This document shows, piece after piece, positions 1 to 8,850 of a DNA stretch of 64,000 nt (position 1 is the stretch's first letter; every line of letters begins with the position of its first letter). Under the pieces are notes generated by a model. It had not been told where the DNA came from and searched no databases. It was given only the letters and a program-made list of their open reading frames with translations. Origin of the DNA: Gammaproteobacteria bacterium (GTDB lineage: Bacteria > Pseudomonadota > Gammaproteobacteria > JAJFKG01); contig OZ220716.1 in NCBI GenBank assembly GCA_965116795.1, positions 1,098,503 through 1,162,502 of the forward strand, given 5' to 3'. A program made the translations under genes and the position numbers.

Positions 1-87
1 TGGGTTTATGCCAGGGGGCGTAAGTTGCCAGGCTTGGTGAAGCGCAGACGGTGTGAGGCGATGTTGTATCTTGGTACATTTTTGTGA
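1..87 (+). CDS. 3' end of phage lysozyme (partial, window edge)
   Basis: Frame 1 reads WVYARGRKLPGLVKRRRCEAMLYLGTFL*, nearly identical to the C-terminus of the lysozyme at 54505-54984 (WVYAGGRKLPGLVKRRRLEA). Confidence 0.9.
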   Translation, partial: WVYARGRKLPGLVKRRRCEAMLYLGTFL

Positions 88-756
88 TGAGCGCCATTGT
101 GTTCGCGGCCATAGCTGACGATGGTAAATCGACATTCTATTTTTGAGCAAGCTGTTGGAAAATGCTTTACAAGTGGGTTGGTTTTGTGGGATAAAGTAAG
201 CGTGCGGGGTGGGATAGGATTATGTCGTTATTCTATCTAATATCTCAACGCTTCAATATCATAAACAAGTACACGCTCATAACATAACAAGCTAACAGCA
301 CAATCATAATAAACAACAACAATAAAACAAACGCATTGCTCCCCAGGGAAAGTCGGATGGTCAAGCAAGGAGATGGCTATGTTAGTGGTATGTCAGTTAT
401 GCACTGCAAGCAGGATTTTTCCTGACTTTCTTCAAAGTGGTAACGTAAGGTGTGTGATTAACCCTTGTCGCTATTCATTCTTACGTCTTCTTCAATTGTT
501 TCATTGTCTGATTTTATTAATACCGCCTGTCTGTGTCAGTGCAAGGAGTCGGGTTTTCTGGGTGGTTTATATAAGACGGGATTTGTTCAAGTGGGGTGGT
601 TGTGGAATGCTAGATAAGATGGTCAAATATTGTGCACAAGGGTTTTGGGGGAGGCAGGTGTGCCTGCACCCGCCGGTGACGGCAAGAAGCGAGGTTGAAG
701 AAAGGTTTTTTGTTTGGGGTTAGGGTTTTAATTTAGATTAAGGAGATTAGAGCATT

Positions 757-3700
757 ATGTTTAAGGGAAGTGAGAAAGAGAGTAGTAATAGAGAATTAGC
801 AGAAAAAGCAGGGCAGTGTCTCAGTATCTGGAAAGGGCATAAGGGGTCTGTTACTGCCTTGGCGGTGCTGGAGCAGGGGAGGCGGGGTAAGCCGTTAGTA
901 GTAAGCGCAAGTTGGGATAACACCATTAAGTGTTGGGAGATGGATGAGAAGACAGGCAAGGCACAGTGTTTGAGTGCCTGGGAAGGGCATGCGTATGGTG
1001 TTAATGCCTTGGCGGTGCTGGAGCAGGGGGAGCGGGGTAAGCGGTTAGTATTAAGTGGAAGTGATGATAACACCATTATGTGTTGGCAGATGGATGAGAA
1101 GACAGGTAAGGCACAGTGTTTGAGTACCTGGGAAGGGCATAAGGGGTCTGTTTATGCCTTGGCGGTGCTGGAGCAGGGGGGCTTGGGTAAGCGGTTAGTA
1201 GTAAGCGCAAGTCATGATAAAACCATTAAGTGTTGGGAGATGGATGAGAAGACAGGTAAGGCACGGTGTTTGAGTACCTGGGAAGGGCATACGGGTTCTG
1301 TTAGAGCCTTGGCGGTGCTGGAGCAGGGGGGCTTGGGTAAGCGGTTAGTATTAAGCGCAGGTGATAACACCATTAAGTGTTGGCAGATGGATGAGAAGAC
1401 AGGGGAAGCACAGTGTCTCAGTACCTGGGAAGGGCATACGGGTTCTGTTAGAGCCTTGGCGGTGCTGGAACAGGGGGGCTTAGGTAAGCGGTTAGTAGTA
1501 AGCGCAAGTCATGATAAAACCATTAAGTGTTGGGAGATGGATGAGAAGACAGGTAAGGCAGAGTGTTTGAGTACCTGGGAAGGGCATACGCATTGGGTTA
1601 GAGCCTTGGCGGTGCTGGAGCAGGGGGAGCGGGGTAAGCCGTTAGTATTAAGCGCAAGTATGGATAAAACCATTAAGTGTTGGCAGATGGATGAGAAGAC
1701 AGGTAAGGCAGAGTGTCTCAGTACCTGGAAAGGGCATAAGCGTGGTGTTTTTGCCTTAGTGGTGCTGGAGCAGGGGGAGCGGGGTAAGCAGTTAGTATTA
1801 AGTGGAAGTGGTGATGAAACCATTAAGTGTTGGCAGGGGTTCCCGGTACCACAAGCGGTGCAGGAGCAGAAGAAAGCGGCTAGGCAAGAGAAGCGGTTGG
1901 CGTTTGAAAAACAACATGGGTTAGTACCAATACGTGGGGCGCAAGGTGTGAAAGCGGAAGAAGGTGCGAATGTGTCAGCTTCCTCATCTGTTTCAAAAAA
2001 GAGTCGGAGTGAAGAAGAGAGCGTAGGGAAAAAGGAAAAAGCAGGAAAAGAAAAGAAAGAAAAACGCACGAAAAAAAAGGAAGGTCCCAGCAAGAAGAAA
2101 TCCAGTCGTCGCCATCGCGATTCAGAAGCAGCGTTACCGGCATTGCCCAAAGGGGAAGTAAAAGCTCTGCAGGGGTATCTGGCTCCCGCTGATTCGGGTC
2201 AGTTATCGTTACGGTCTGGTGAGACACTGACGTTGTTAAGCGATGAAGGCAATTGGTGGCGTTGCCGCAATGAAAGCGCTGCAGAAGGGTTAGTGCCGAG
2301 TAACTATGTGAAGAAGGTAGTCACCTCGACAAGCACAGACAGCCCGTTGCCATCAATGCCCTCTCCCTTACCGGAGTTACCTGCCAAGCCCGCCGCCGCT
2401 GCCGCGAGTATCGCTTCCTCCTCAGAGAGTGACAAGCCATCCGATAAGACTTCCTCTCAGCCATCGGTTTCTGAAGGTCAGTCGACAAGTGGTGGTGCTC
2501 CTACAGTGACGCCCTCTCCTTCCTCCGGTCGCTTAAAAGCGGCCTTGGCATCAGCCGAGCAACGTTCAACGTCTTCGTTTGAGAGCGGCGGTGGTTCGTC
2601 CTTTGGCAGCAAAGAGAAAGTGTCGAGTGAGTCTCGGGGCGGTAGCAGCACGTTGTTGTTAGATGCGCAAGGCAAGGCCCAAGTTGACCCGGTGTTAGCG
2701 TACGAGGATTTAACTTTTGGCAAGGTATTAGGCGCCGGTGGATTTGGTGAAGTATACAAAGGCCAGTGGCAGGGTGTGGATGTGGCGATTAAGAAGTTAT
2801 TGCAGAAGCACTTAACCGAGGCAATGGAATCGACGTTTCGCAAAGAAGCGGGGGTGATGGTGCAATTGCGCGGGACACACCCGAATATTATCAACATGTA
2901 TGGGATAGTGTTAGTACCGGAGCCATGCATGGTATTAGAGTTCATGGGCAGAGGCGCATTAGATGGATTATTGCATGGCAAAGTGCCGATGAGTTGGGAG
3001 ATGCGCTACACGATAGGATTAGATGTCGCCAGAGGATTGTTCTACTTACACAATAAGCGGATATTGCACTTGGACTTAAAGAGCATGAATGTCTTGATGG
3101 CTAAAGACGGGACAGCGAAGTTAGCGGACTTTGGGCTATCGGAGATAAAGGGGTCAACGAGCCAGCAATCAGCGTGGGGCGATGAGAGTAAGAAAGCCGG
3201 AGGGACGTTACGTTGGATGGCACCGGAGTTATTCCGAGGCGGGCGCTATCGTCCGTCGTGTGATGTGTACAGTTTTGCGATGGTGTTGTGGGAGTTAGCC
3301 AGTCGCCAGGTGCCGTATCGTTATCAGCTCAATGCGGCGATACCGGAGTATGTCAAGACGGGCGGCCGAGAAGCAGTGCCGGTGGATACGCCAGCGAGTG
3401 TGCAGGCATTGATGGTACGCTGTTGGGCGGCCGATGCCAGTACGCGCCCGAAGATGGGTGAGGTCATGAAAGACTTGCAAGCCCATCCGGTGACAGATGA
3501 GACACCGATACCCTCACCGCATCTCAGCGGGGTGGATGATGAGGATGTGTGGAGCGATGAAGAGACAACAGAGAGCGACGGTTATGCGATGGGGCGCACG
3601 GCGCCGCAACCTGCTGCACCTACTTCACAGGCAGCAGCCGTAGAGAGTGTGGATTATGCGGTTCGCAGCGAAGTGCCTGGGGTATTACCCAGTGCGTCAC

Positions 3701-4098
3701 CGAGCTCGAGTTCTCAATCTAAAGCAAGCACAAGTCAAGCGCAATCGGTGGATGCGTATTATGCCGGTCGCAGTGATGTGTATGGCGGGACATCATCCAG
3801 CGGCAGCAGCGCTACCTTATTCCAGGCGGCTGCTCCGCCTCCCCCGTTGCCGGATGACGAGGATGATGTATTAGAGGCGGTCGCGACGGGGAATTACCGT
3901 GCGCGAGAGGGGAATCAGTTGTCGTTTGCCAAGGGAGCGACGTTAACCGTGCTTGAGCAACAGCCTTCTGGCTGGTGGGTGTGTGAGTTGAATGGCAAGC
4001 AAGGGTTGGCGCCGGGGAATCGGTTGCAGTTGGTAGAGCCACAGGTGAGTCAGTCGCAAGCAGGTGAATCCTCGACGGAGAGTATGGGGTATGTGTAA
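757..4098 (+). CDS. Eukaryote-like multidomain kinase: 7x WD40, polybasic segment, SH3, TKL-type Ser/Thr kinase, SH3
   Basis: GH...W-type repeats; SH3 motifs (WW...GLVPSNYV; WW...GLAPGN); kinase motifs GAGGFG, VAIK, HLDLKSMN, DFG, GTLRWMAPE, DVYSF. SD aaggaga upstream. Confidence 0.93.
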   Translation: MFKGSEKESSNRELAEKAGQCLSIWKGHKGSVTALAVLEQGRRGKPLVVSASWDNTIKCWEMDEKTGKAQCLSAWEGHAYGVNALAVLEQGERGKRLVLSGSDDNTIMCWQMDEKTGKAQCLSTWEGHKGSVYALAVLEQGGLGKRLVVSASHDKTIKCWEMDEKTGKARCLSTWEGHTGSVRALAVLEQGGLGKRLVLSAGDNTIKCWQMDEKTGEAQCLSTWEGHTGSVRALAVLEQGGLGKRLVVSASHDKTIKCWEMDEKTGKAECLSTWEGHTHWVRALAVLEQGERGKPLVLSASMDKTIKCWQMDEKTGKAECLSTWKGHKRGVFALVVLEQGERGKQLVLSGSGDETIKCWQGFPVPQAVQEQKKAARQEKRLAFEKQHGLVPIRGAQGVKAEEGANVSASSSVSKKSRSEEESVGKKEKAGKEKKEKRTKKKEGPSKKKSSRRHRDSEAALPALPKGEVKALQGYLAPADSGQLSLRSGETLTLLSDEGNWWRCRNESAAEGLVPSNYVKKVVTSTSTDSPLPSMPSPLPELPAKPAAAAASIASSSESDKPSDKTSSQPSVSEGQSTSGGAPTVTPSPSSGRLKAALASAEQRSTSSFESGGGSSFGSKEKVSSESRGGSSTLLLDAQGKAQVDPVLAYEDLTFGKVLGAGGFGEVYKGQWQGVDVAIKKLLQKHLTEAMESTFRKEAGVMVQLRGTHPNIINMYGIVLVPEPCMVLEFMGRGALDGLLHGKVPMSWEMRYTIGLDVARGLFYLHNKRILHLDLKSMNVLMAKDGTAKLADFGLSEIKGSTSQQSAWGDESKKAGGTLRWMAPELFRGGRYRPSCDVYSFAMVLWELASRQVPYRYQLNAAIPEYVKTGGREAVPVDTPASVQALMVRCWAADASTRPKMGEVMKDLQAHPVTDETPIPSPHLSGVDDEDVWSDEETTESDGYAMGRTAPQPAAPTSQAAAVESVDYAVRSEVPGVLPSASPSSSSQSKASTSQAQSVDAYYAGRSDVYGGTSSSGSSATLFQAAAPPPPLPDDEDDVLEAVATGNYRAREGNQLSFAKGATLTVLEQQPSGWWVCELNGKQGLAPGNRLQLVEPQVSQSQAGESSTESMGYV
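808..1836 (+). repeat. Seven highly similar ~150-bp tandem repeats encoding WD40 blades
   Basis: Blocks gccttggcggtgctggagcagggg and aaccattaagtgttgg recur every 150 bp (one unit is 147 bp). Confidence 0.95.
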
Positions 4099-4274
4099 AG
4101 GTTGTCGATTCTGCGCAAGGGTTTGAGACGTTTCAGGATAATAACAACAACAAGCAGGTCTGTGTGAGCAGGATGGTTTGATGGGTGCCAGGTGGCCTAT
4201 CAAGCCAGGATAGTTGAGGCGCTGTCTGGATGAACGAGGCAAGCGTATGTGTTATTTGTCATATAAGGAGAGAG

Positions 4275-6224
4275 ATGATGTTTGACCCAGGAAGTATTAC
4301 CGTGGGTGCGGTAGCGAAAGTGAGTATTGGGGTAGCCCAACAGATTTACAAGCAAGCCCAAGCGGTAAAGTATAACAAGGCGCAATGTAAGCGATTATCA
4401 GAGCGGGTAAAAACGATAATAGTGTCGGTGAATGCGTTGGTAGAGAAACTGCCGAAACAGGCCAAGCAGTTAGGTGGGGGCTCAGATGGGGCGACTGTTC
4501 ACACGACGGCGTTGTTGTCATTGAATAACACATTGGATGCAGTATTGAAGCTGCTGAAGAATTTCAGTCAAAAAAACGTATTGGATAAGGTGGTGTTAGC
4601 TCGAGCTCATAACACGAAGTTTGATGAGATTTATACGCGGTTAGATGAAGATATCAAGCAGCTTAACTTAGGACTCAATGCCAAGCAAGTCCTGAATCGT
4701 GAGGAAGATAAGTTAGACCAACAAAAAGATTTTCAAGACTTGATGGCCAATCAAGTCGAAATCCTTAAAGAAGCGCGAGCGGCCAAAGGAGCGATGCAGA
4801 AGATAATGGCCGATGGTAAGCATCGAGAAGAGGTGCTGACCAAGCAATTAGAATCAATGCAGTATGCCTTGGCGCAGTTACATCCGGATAACAAGGGGGC
4901 TAAGAGTAAGAAGGCGGAGATTAGCTCGAAGTTATTGGTGCCGTTTTTTGATTTACAGATAGATAAAGTCTTAGCCGAAGGGAGCTTTGCGAAGGTGTAT
5001 CTAGGGCGTTTTCGCGAGCAAGACGTGGCGATTAAGCTATTGGATGGGGACTTAACGGAGATAGAGCGCCATGAGTTTGTTCGTGAAGTGCGGATTATGC
5101 AGGGGTTGCGCAGTGATTACGTAGTGCCGTTGTATGCGGTGTGTGATGAGCCAGGGCGGATGTGTATGATAATGAAGTACATGGCGCAGGGGTCATTGCG
5201 CACGGTATTAGACAGTCAAGCTCCTCTATCTGCCAAGCAACGCCATCAGATGGCATTGGATGTAGCGTTAGGGTTGTACTATCTGCATAAAGAAGGGATA
5301 TGGCATCGGGACTTGAAGAGTGGGAATGTGTTGATTGACAGTGAGGGGCGTGCTCGGTTAACCGACTTTGGGTTATCGAAGAGTCACAGTGCGGTGGTGA
5401 AGACCATTGATAAACAAACAGAAGCCATGGAATGGATGGCACCGGAGATATTGGCCAGCGGTGGGGATAAACGGATGTTTACGGCGGAAGCCGATGTGTA
5501 TAGTTTTGGGATGGTGTTATGGGAAATCATGACGGGTCAGACGCCGTATGCGGGGTGTGATGATGCGGATATTGTGTTGCGCGTCAAGCAGGGCCAGCAT
5601 GACGCTATCCCAGAGACGGTGCCAGTGGTGTATCGCGAGCTGATAGAGGGGTGTTGGCAGGCATCGAAGTACAATCGGCCATCGCTGCCGGATATCATTG
5701 GGCAGTTGCGAGTGTATACCCCACCTGCTCCAGCCGCACTGGTGCCACCGAGTGCCAATCCCGTTGGGTTTTTCGCGGCCCCACCGAGTAGTGGCAGCAG
5801 CAGTAGCAGTGGTGCGATATCACAGGCTCAGCTAGAGGGATTGTACGATGCGGCGGGGGTATGTGAGCAAGCCAAACAGTATGATAAAGCGGCGGTGTGT
5901 TATGAGCTAGCAGCGAATCAAGGGCATGTCAAAGCCAAGACGGGGCTAGGGATGTTGCACTTGCAAGGTCGGGTTGAGGGAGCCGATAAGGGCAAGGCGC
6001 ATACGTTATTGCTTGAAGCCGCCGAAGGGGGCCATCCTCGGGCGATGCAGAATGTGGCCAGGCAGTTTGAGAAGGGGGATGGGGTTGAGGCTAATCTAGA
6101 GCGAGCGCATCATTGGTATGGCAAGGCGGCGGAAGAGACGAAAGATAGCAAGTTGCTCAGTAAATACCAAAGTCTATCGATGTCCTTGTCAGGCTCCGGT
6201 GGGCCATCGTTGGCGATGTCGTGA
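4275..6224 (+). CDS. MLKL-like four-helix bundle + kinase + Sel1-like repeats
   Basis: N-terminus IYKQAQAVKYNKAQCKRLSERV resembles the MLKL N-terminal domain; VAIK, HRDLKSGN, DFG, WMAPE; Sel1 motifs (AANQGHVKAKTGLG, AAEGGHPRAM, A.HWYGKAAE). Start moved to ATG 4275 after SD aaggag. Confidence 0.88.
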   Translation: MMFDPGSITVGAVAKVSIGVAQQIYKQAQAVKYNKAQCKRLSERVKTIIVSVNALVEKLPKQAKQLGGGSDGATVHTTALLSLNNTLDAVLKLLKNFSQKNVLDKVVLARAHNTKFDEIYTRLDEDIKQLNLGLNAKQVLNREEDKLDQQKDFQDLMANQVEILKEARAAKGAMQKIMADGKHREEVLTKQLESMQYALAQLHPDNKGAKSKKAEISSKLLVPFFDLQIDKVLAEGSFAKVYLGRFREQDVAIKLLDGDLTEIERHEFVREVRIMQGLRSDYVVPLYAVCDEPGRMCMIMKYMAQGSLRTVLDSQAPLSAKQRHQMALDVALGLYYLHKEGIWHRDLKSGNVLIDSEGRARLTDFGLSKSHSAVVKTIDKQTEAMEWMAPEILASGGDKRMFTAEADVYSFGMVLWEIMTGQTPYAGCDDADIVLRVKQGQHDAIPETVPVVYRELIEGCWQASKYNRPSLPDIIGQLRVYTPPAPAALVPPSANPVGFFAAPPSSGSSSSSGAISQAQLEGLYDAAGVCEQAKQYDKAAVCYELAANQGHVKAKTGLGMLHLQGRVEGADKGKAHTLLLEAAEGGHPRAMQNVARQFEKGDGVEANLERAHHWYGKAAEETKDSKLLSKYQSLSMSLSGSGGPSLAMS

Positions 6225-6428
6225 TAATAAGTTCGGTTTGGTGGGTGTAAGCCGTGCGTGGTGCGTTGTTGCGTACGGCTTGCGCTAACACAGATACTGA
6301 GAGTGTGGGTGCGGTGAGGTTCATAAACGCATCCATCCACATTGGTATTGACGGTTTAGCGAGTTGTCCTCTCGCATTATGGCGGCAGATTGAGTATAAT
6401 TGACTCAATTGTGAGAGAGGGGGTTGCA

Positions 6429-7283
6429 ATGACAACGCGCTATTTGAATCCAAAAATCGACATGGTGTTTCGCAAAATATTTGGGCAACATCCTAATATT
6501 CTAAAGAGTTTCTTAAATGCGATACTGCCATTGCCAGAAGGGCGGTACATCACGGAACTCAGCTACTTACCTGCCGATGAAGTCCCTGCGATACCGTCGT
6601 TCAAGCACACGATAGCCGATGTCAAGTGTAAAGACCAAACCGGTGATATCTTTCTGGTGGAGATGCAGGTTCAGTGGACAGCGAGTTTTGCCAAGCGGTT
6701 ATTGTATGGCACCAGTCGTGCGTATGTCCATCAGTTGCGTCGAGGTGAGCCTTATAAGGGTTTAAATCGCGTCTTGGGTGTGGGGTTAATCGATGCGGTA
6801 TTTGATGAGACGACCGATGAGTGGTATCACCATTACGAGTTACGTCACAAATCAATTAGCGATAAGGTACTGGACGATGTGCAGTTACTGTTTATCGAGT
6901 TGCCGAAGTTCAAACCACAGTCGTTGGTTGATAAGAAAATGCAAGTGTTGTGGCTACGGTTTATGTCGGAGTTGAATGAAGAAACAGTCGATGTGCCGAA
7001 AGAGTGGCTAGAGGTGCCGGAAATCCAAGAGGCATTGACGCTGGCACAAGAAGTGGCCTACACCCCAGAAGAGCTGGCCTCGTGTGAGACGTATTGGGAC
7101 AGTGTGAGCACCCAGAAATCATATGTGCACGATGCAGAGAAGAAAGGCAGAGAAGAAGGCAGAGAAGAAGAGAGGTTTGAGGTAGCCAAAAAGATGCTGG
7201 CCAAGGGTTTGGATATCCCTACAGTATCAGAAGTGACCGGCTTGCCTGCGGATAAAGTTGAGCACCTGACTAAAAAATCGTAG
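6429..7283 (+). CDS. Rpn family recombination-promoting nuclease / PD-(D/E)XK putative transposase
   Basis: NPKIDMVFRKIFG, DV...FLVEMQ, FIELPKF, EKKGREEGREE and a C-terminal KKMLAKGLD..TGL tail are typical of the family. Confidence 0.9.
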   Translation: MTTRYLNPKIDMVFRKIFGQHPNILKSFLNAILPLPEGRYITELSYLPADEVPAIPSFKHTIADVKCKDQTGDIFLVEMQVQWTASFAKRLLYGTSRAYVHQLRRGEPYKGLNRVLGVGLIDAVFDETTDEWYHHYELRHKSISDKVLDDVQLLFIELPKFKPQSLVDKKMQVLWLRFMSELNEETVDVPKEWLEVPEIQEALTLAQEVAYTPEELASCETYWDSVSTQKSYVHDAEKKGREEGREEERFEVAKKMLAKGLDIPTVSEVTGLPADKVEHLTKKS

Positions 7284-7310
7284 CAATTCCCACTAAAATC
7301 AGCGTGTTAA

Positions 7311-8775
7311 AGGTAAGGTGCATTTTAGCAAAATGAGAGTGCACTACTGTCAATGGGTGGCCGGTATCTAAAATGGCATGTTGATGAGGGTTTTGGTAAA
7401 AAAATAGCAGAAATACAGAGAAAAGTGGGTTTGAGGTGTTTATGGTGGTACTCGGTCGGTACCCAGACATAGCTAAGGTGGAAAAAATGATCAATTCGCC
7501 TGTGGATAACTTTGACCAACCTACTGGGGAGTAGGTAAAAACTTTATTAAAATCATAGGGTTATGAAAAAGGCATTTTTAGCAGATTTAGGGTGCAGTAC
7601 TTTCTGGAGCGGCCATCAAGGCTAATGATCTAGCGGAGTGAAAGTCTCTGCACCGCCAATTACTCGGTTCGGGCGGTTAGTATATCCGATGCATGTGAAG
7701 GTAACGACACATGTTCTGCTCGGAAGTAAAAGTCATCGCTGCTGCTTATTACGTAGAGAATAAGTGGTGGGAGCAACCAGGATGGCGAGCAAAGACTGGG
7801 GTCTGAACGTAAAGAAATGTTTGCAGCCTCGAAAATGCACCCCACACCGAAGTTGCAGTGTGGATCGTGGAAGGTAGTCGACCCTCTGGAAAGTAGGGGA
7901 AGACCGACGCGCTGGAGGAAGAAACGAGTAAGTGCACTTTAGCGACTTCCGGGGTATGGAGCCAGACACCAGTTGAAAGATTGTTAGATTAACGATGGGA
8001 AGAGCCACTTGCCAGCTGGGGCTAGCAGCAACCAGCAAAGACTGAGCTGAATAGGGAGACCGAAGCAGCGCAGAGGCACTTGGTTTGGCGCATGAGATCG
8101 TATTAGCGATGAGAGATGGGTAATGCCATCTTAGGGATTGGGAAACGCTCCCTTGTTAAGGTAACACCGAAGACAAGCGAAGGATCTCTCGGCAACTGGT
8201 GGGCTATTGGACTAATGCTACTCAGGACGCAGAGCCTGGCAAAGTAGTTCCATTACAACGATGGTCGAGGCGTGGAGTAAACTGACAAAGGCAGGGGTGT
8301 ATACAGGCTAGTGTTTAAGCTTCGCCCTTGTCAGGAAGGCTGCACGAGGAAAACCGGTGTCGCCAACCGTATTCGGGAAATCCGACCGTACGGGATGAAA
8401 GCGGGGGCATATCGAAACGTGTATCAGGGTAGAACTGTGAACCCACTTTGCAATCGAAAGAGCAAAGCTGGAAACCCTCTGCCTAAAATAGCGCGCGCGG
8501 TATTTCTATCCAGACATGGGCACCCATTATCGAAAACGGTATATGTGTGGCATATTGGTGAAAAAATAGCAAAAATACAGAAAAAGATGGGTTTGAGACG
8601 GTGAGGGCGGTATTCGTTCGGTACATGGATGAAGCTTGGGTGGAAAAAAATGATCAATCTGCCTGTGGATAACTCTGACTTACCTACTGAAGAGTAGGTA
8701 AAAATCCCCTTAAAATCATAGGGTTATGAAAAAGGCATTTTTAGCAAAAACAGGGTGCGTTACTGTCTATGGCAC
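7311..8775 (+). repeat. Degenerate ~255-bp tandem non-coding repeat (two units plus a third junction motif), split by a group II intron
   Basis: 7352-7605 and 8516-8770 share aaaaaatagc.gaaatacag, tgatcaat..gcctgtggataact, acctactg...agtaggtaaaaa and taaaatcatagggttatgaaaaaggcatttttagca. The motif gcatttt(t)agca..gtgc..tact.tc occurs three times. Confidence 0.85.
7606..8515 (+). mobile_element. ORF-less group II intron (~910 nt)
   Basis: 5' (g)gagcg and ctagcggagtgaaagt domain I motif; domain V-like hairpin aaccgtattcgggaaatccgaccgtacgggat (~8365-8396); 3' end ctatccagac. EBS1-like loop ggaaagt (7888-7894) pairs with exon actttct. Removing it restores the repeat motif. Confidence 0.85.
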
Positions 8776-8820
8776 GCCATTACTCGTTTACTAACCTTTC
8801 TGTAACTGGATCTGCCACCT

Positions 8821-8850
8821 AAAAAAGCCTTAGTAATACAAAGGCTTTTT
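8821..8850. terminator. Bidirectional rho-independent terminator-like hairpin
   Basis: aaaaagcctt-N9-aaggcttttt. Confidence 0.6.

Noticed and set aside
373-723. 116-aa ORF upstream of the first kinase
   Set aside because: No motifs and odd composition; probably leader or intergenic DNA.
757-6224. Eukaryotic contamination or chimeric assembly
   Set aside because: Genes are intron-free with SD sequences and recur in the same phage context twice; read-level confirmation is still advisable.
8760-8785. tRNA 3' end or att core (ggcacgcca)
   Set aside because: No cloverleaf and no matching second copy in the window.
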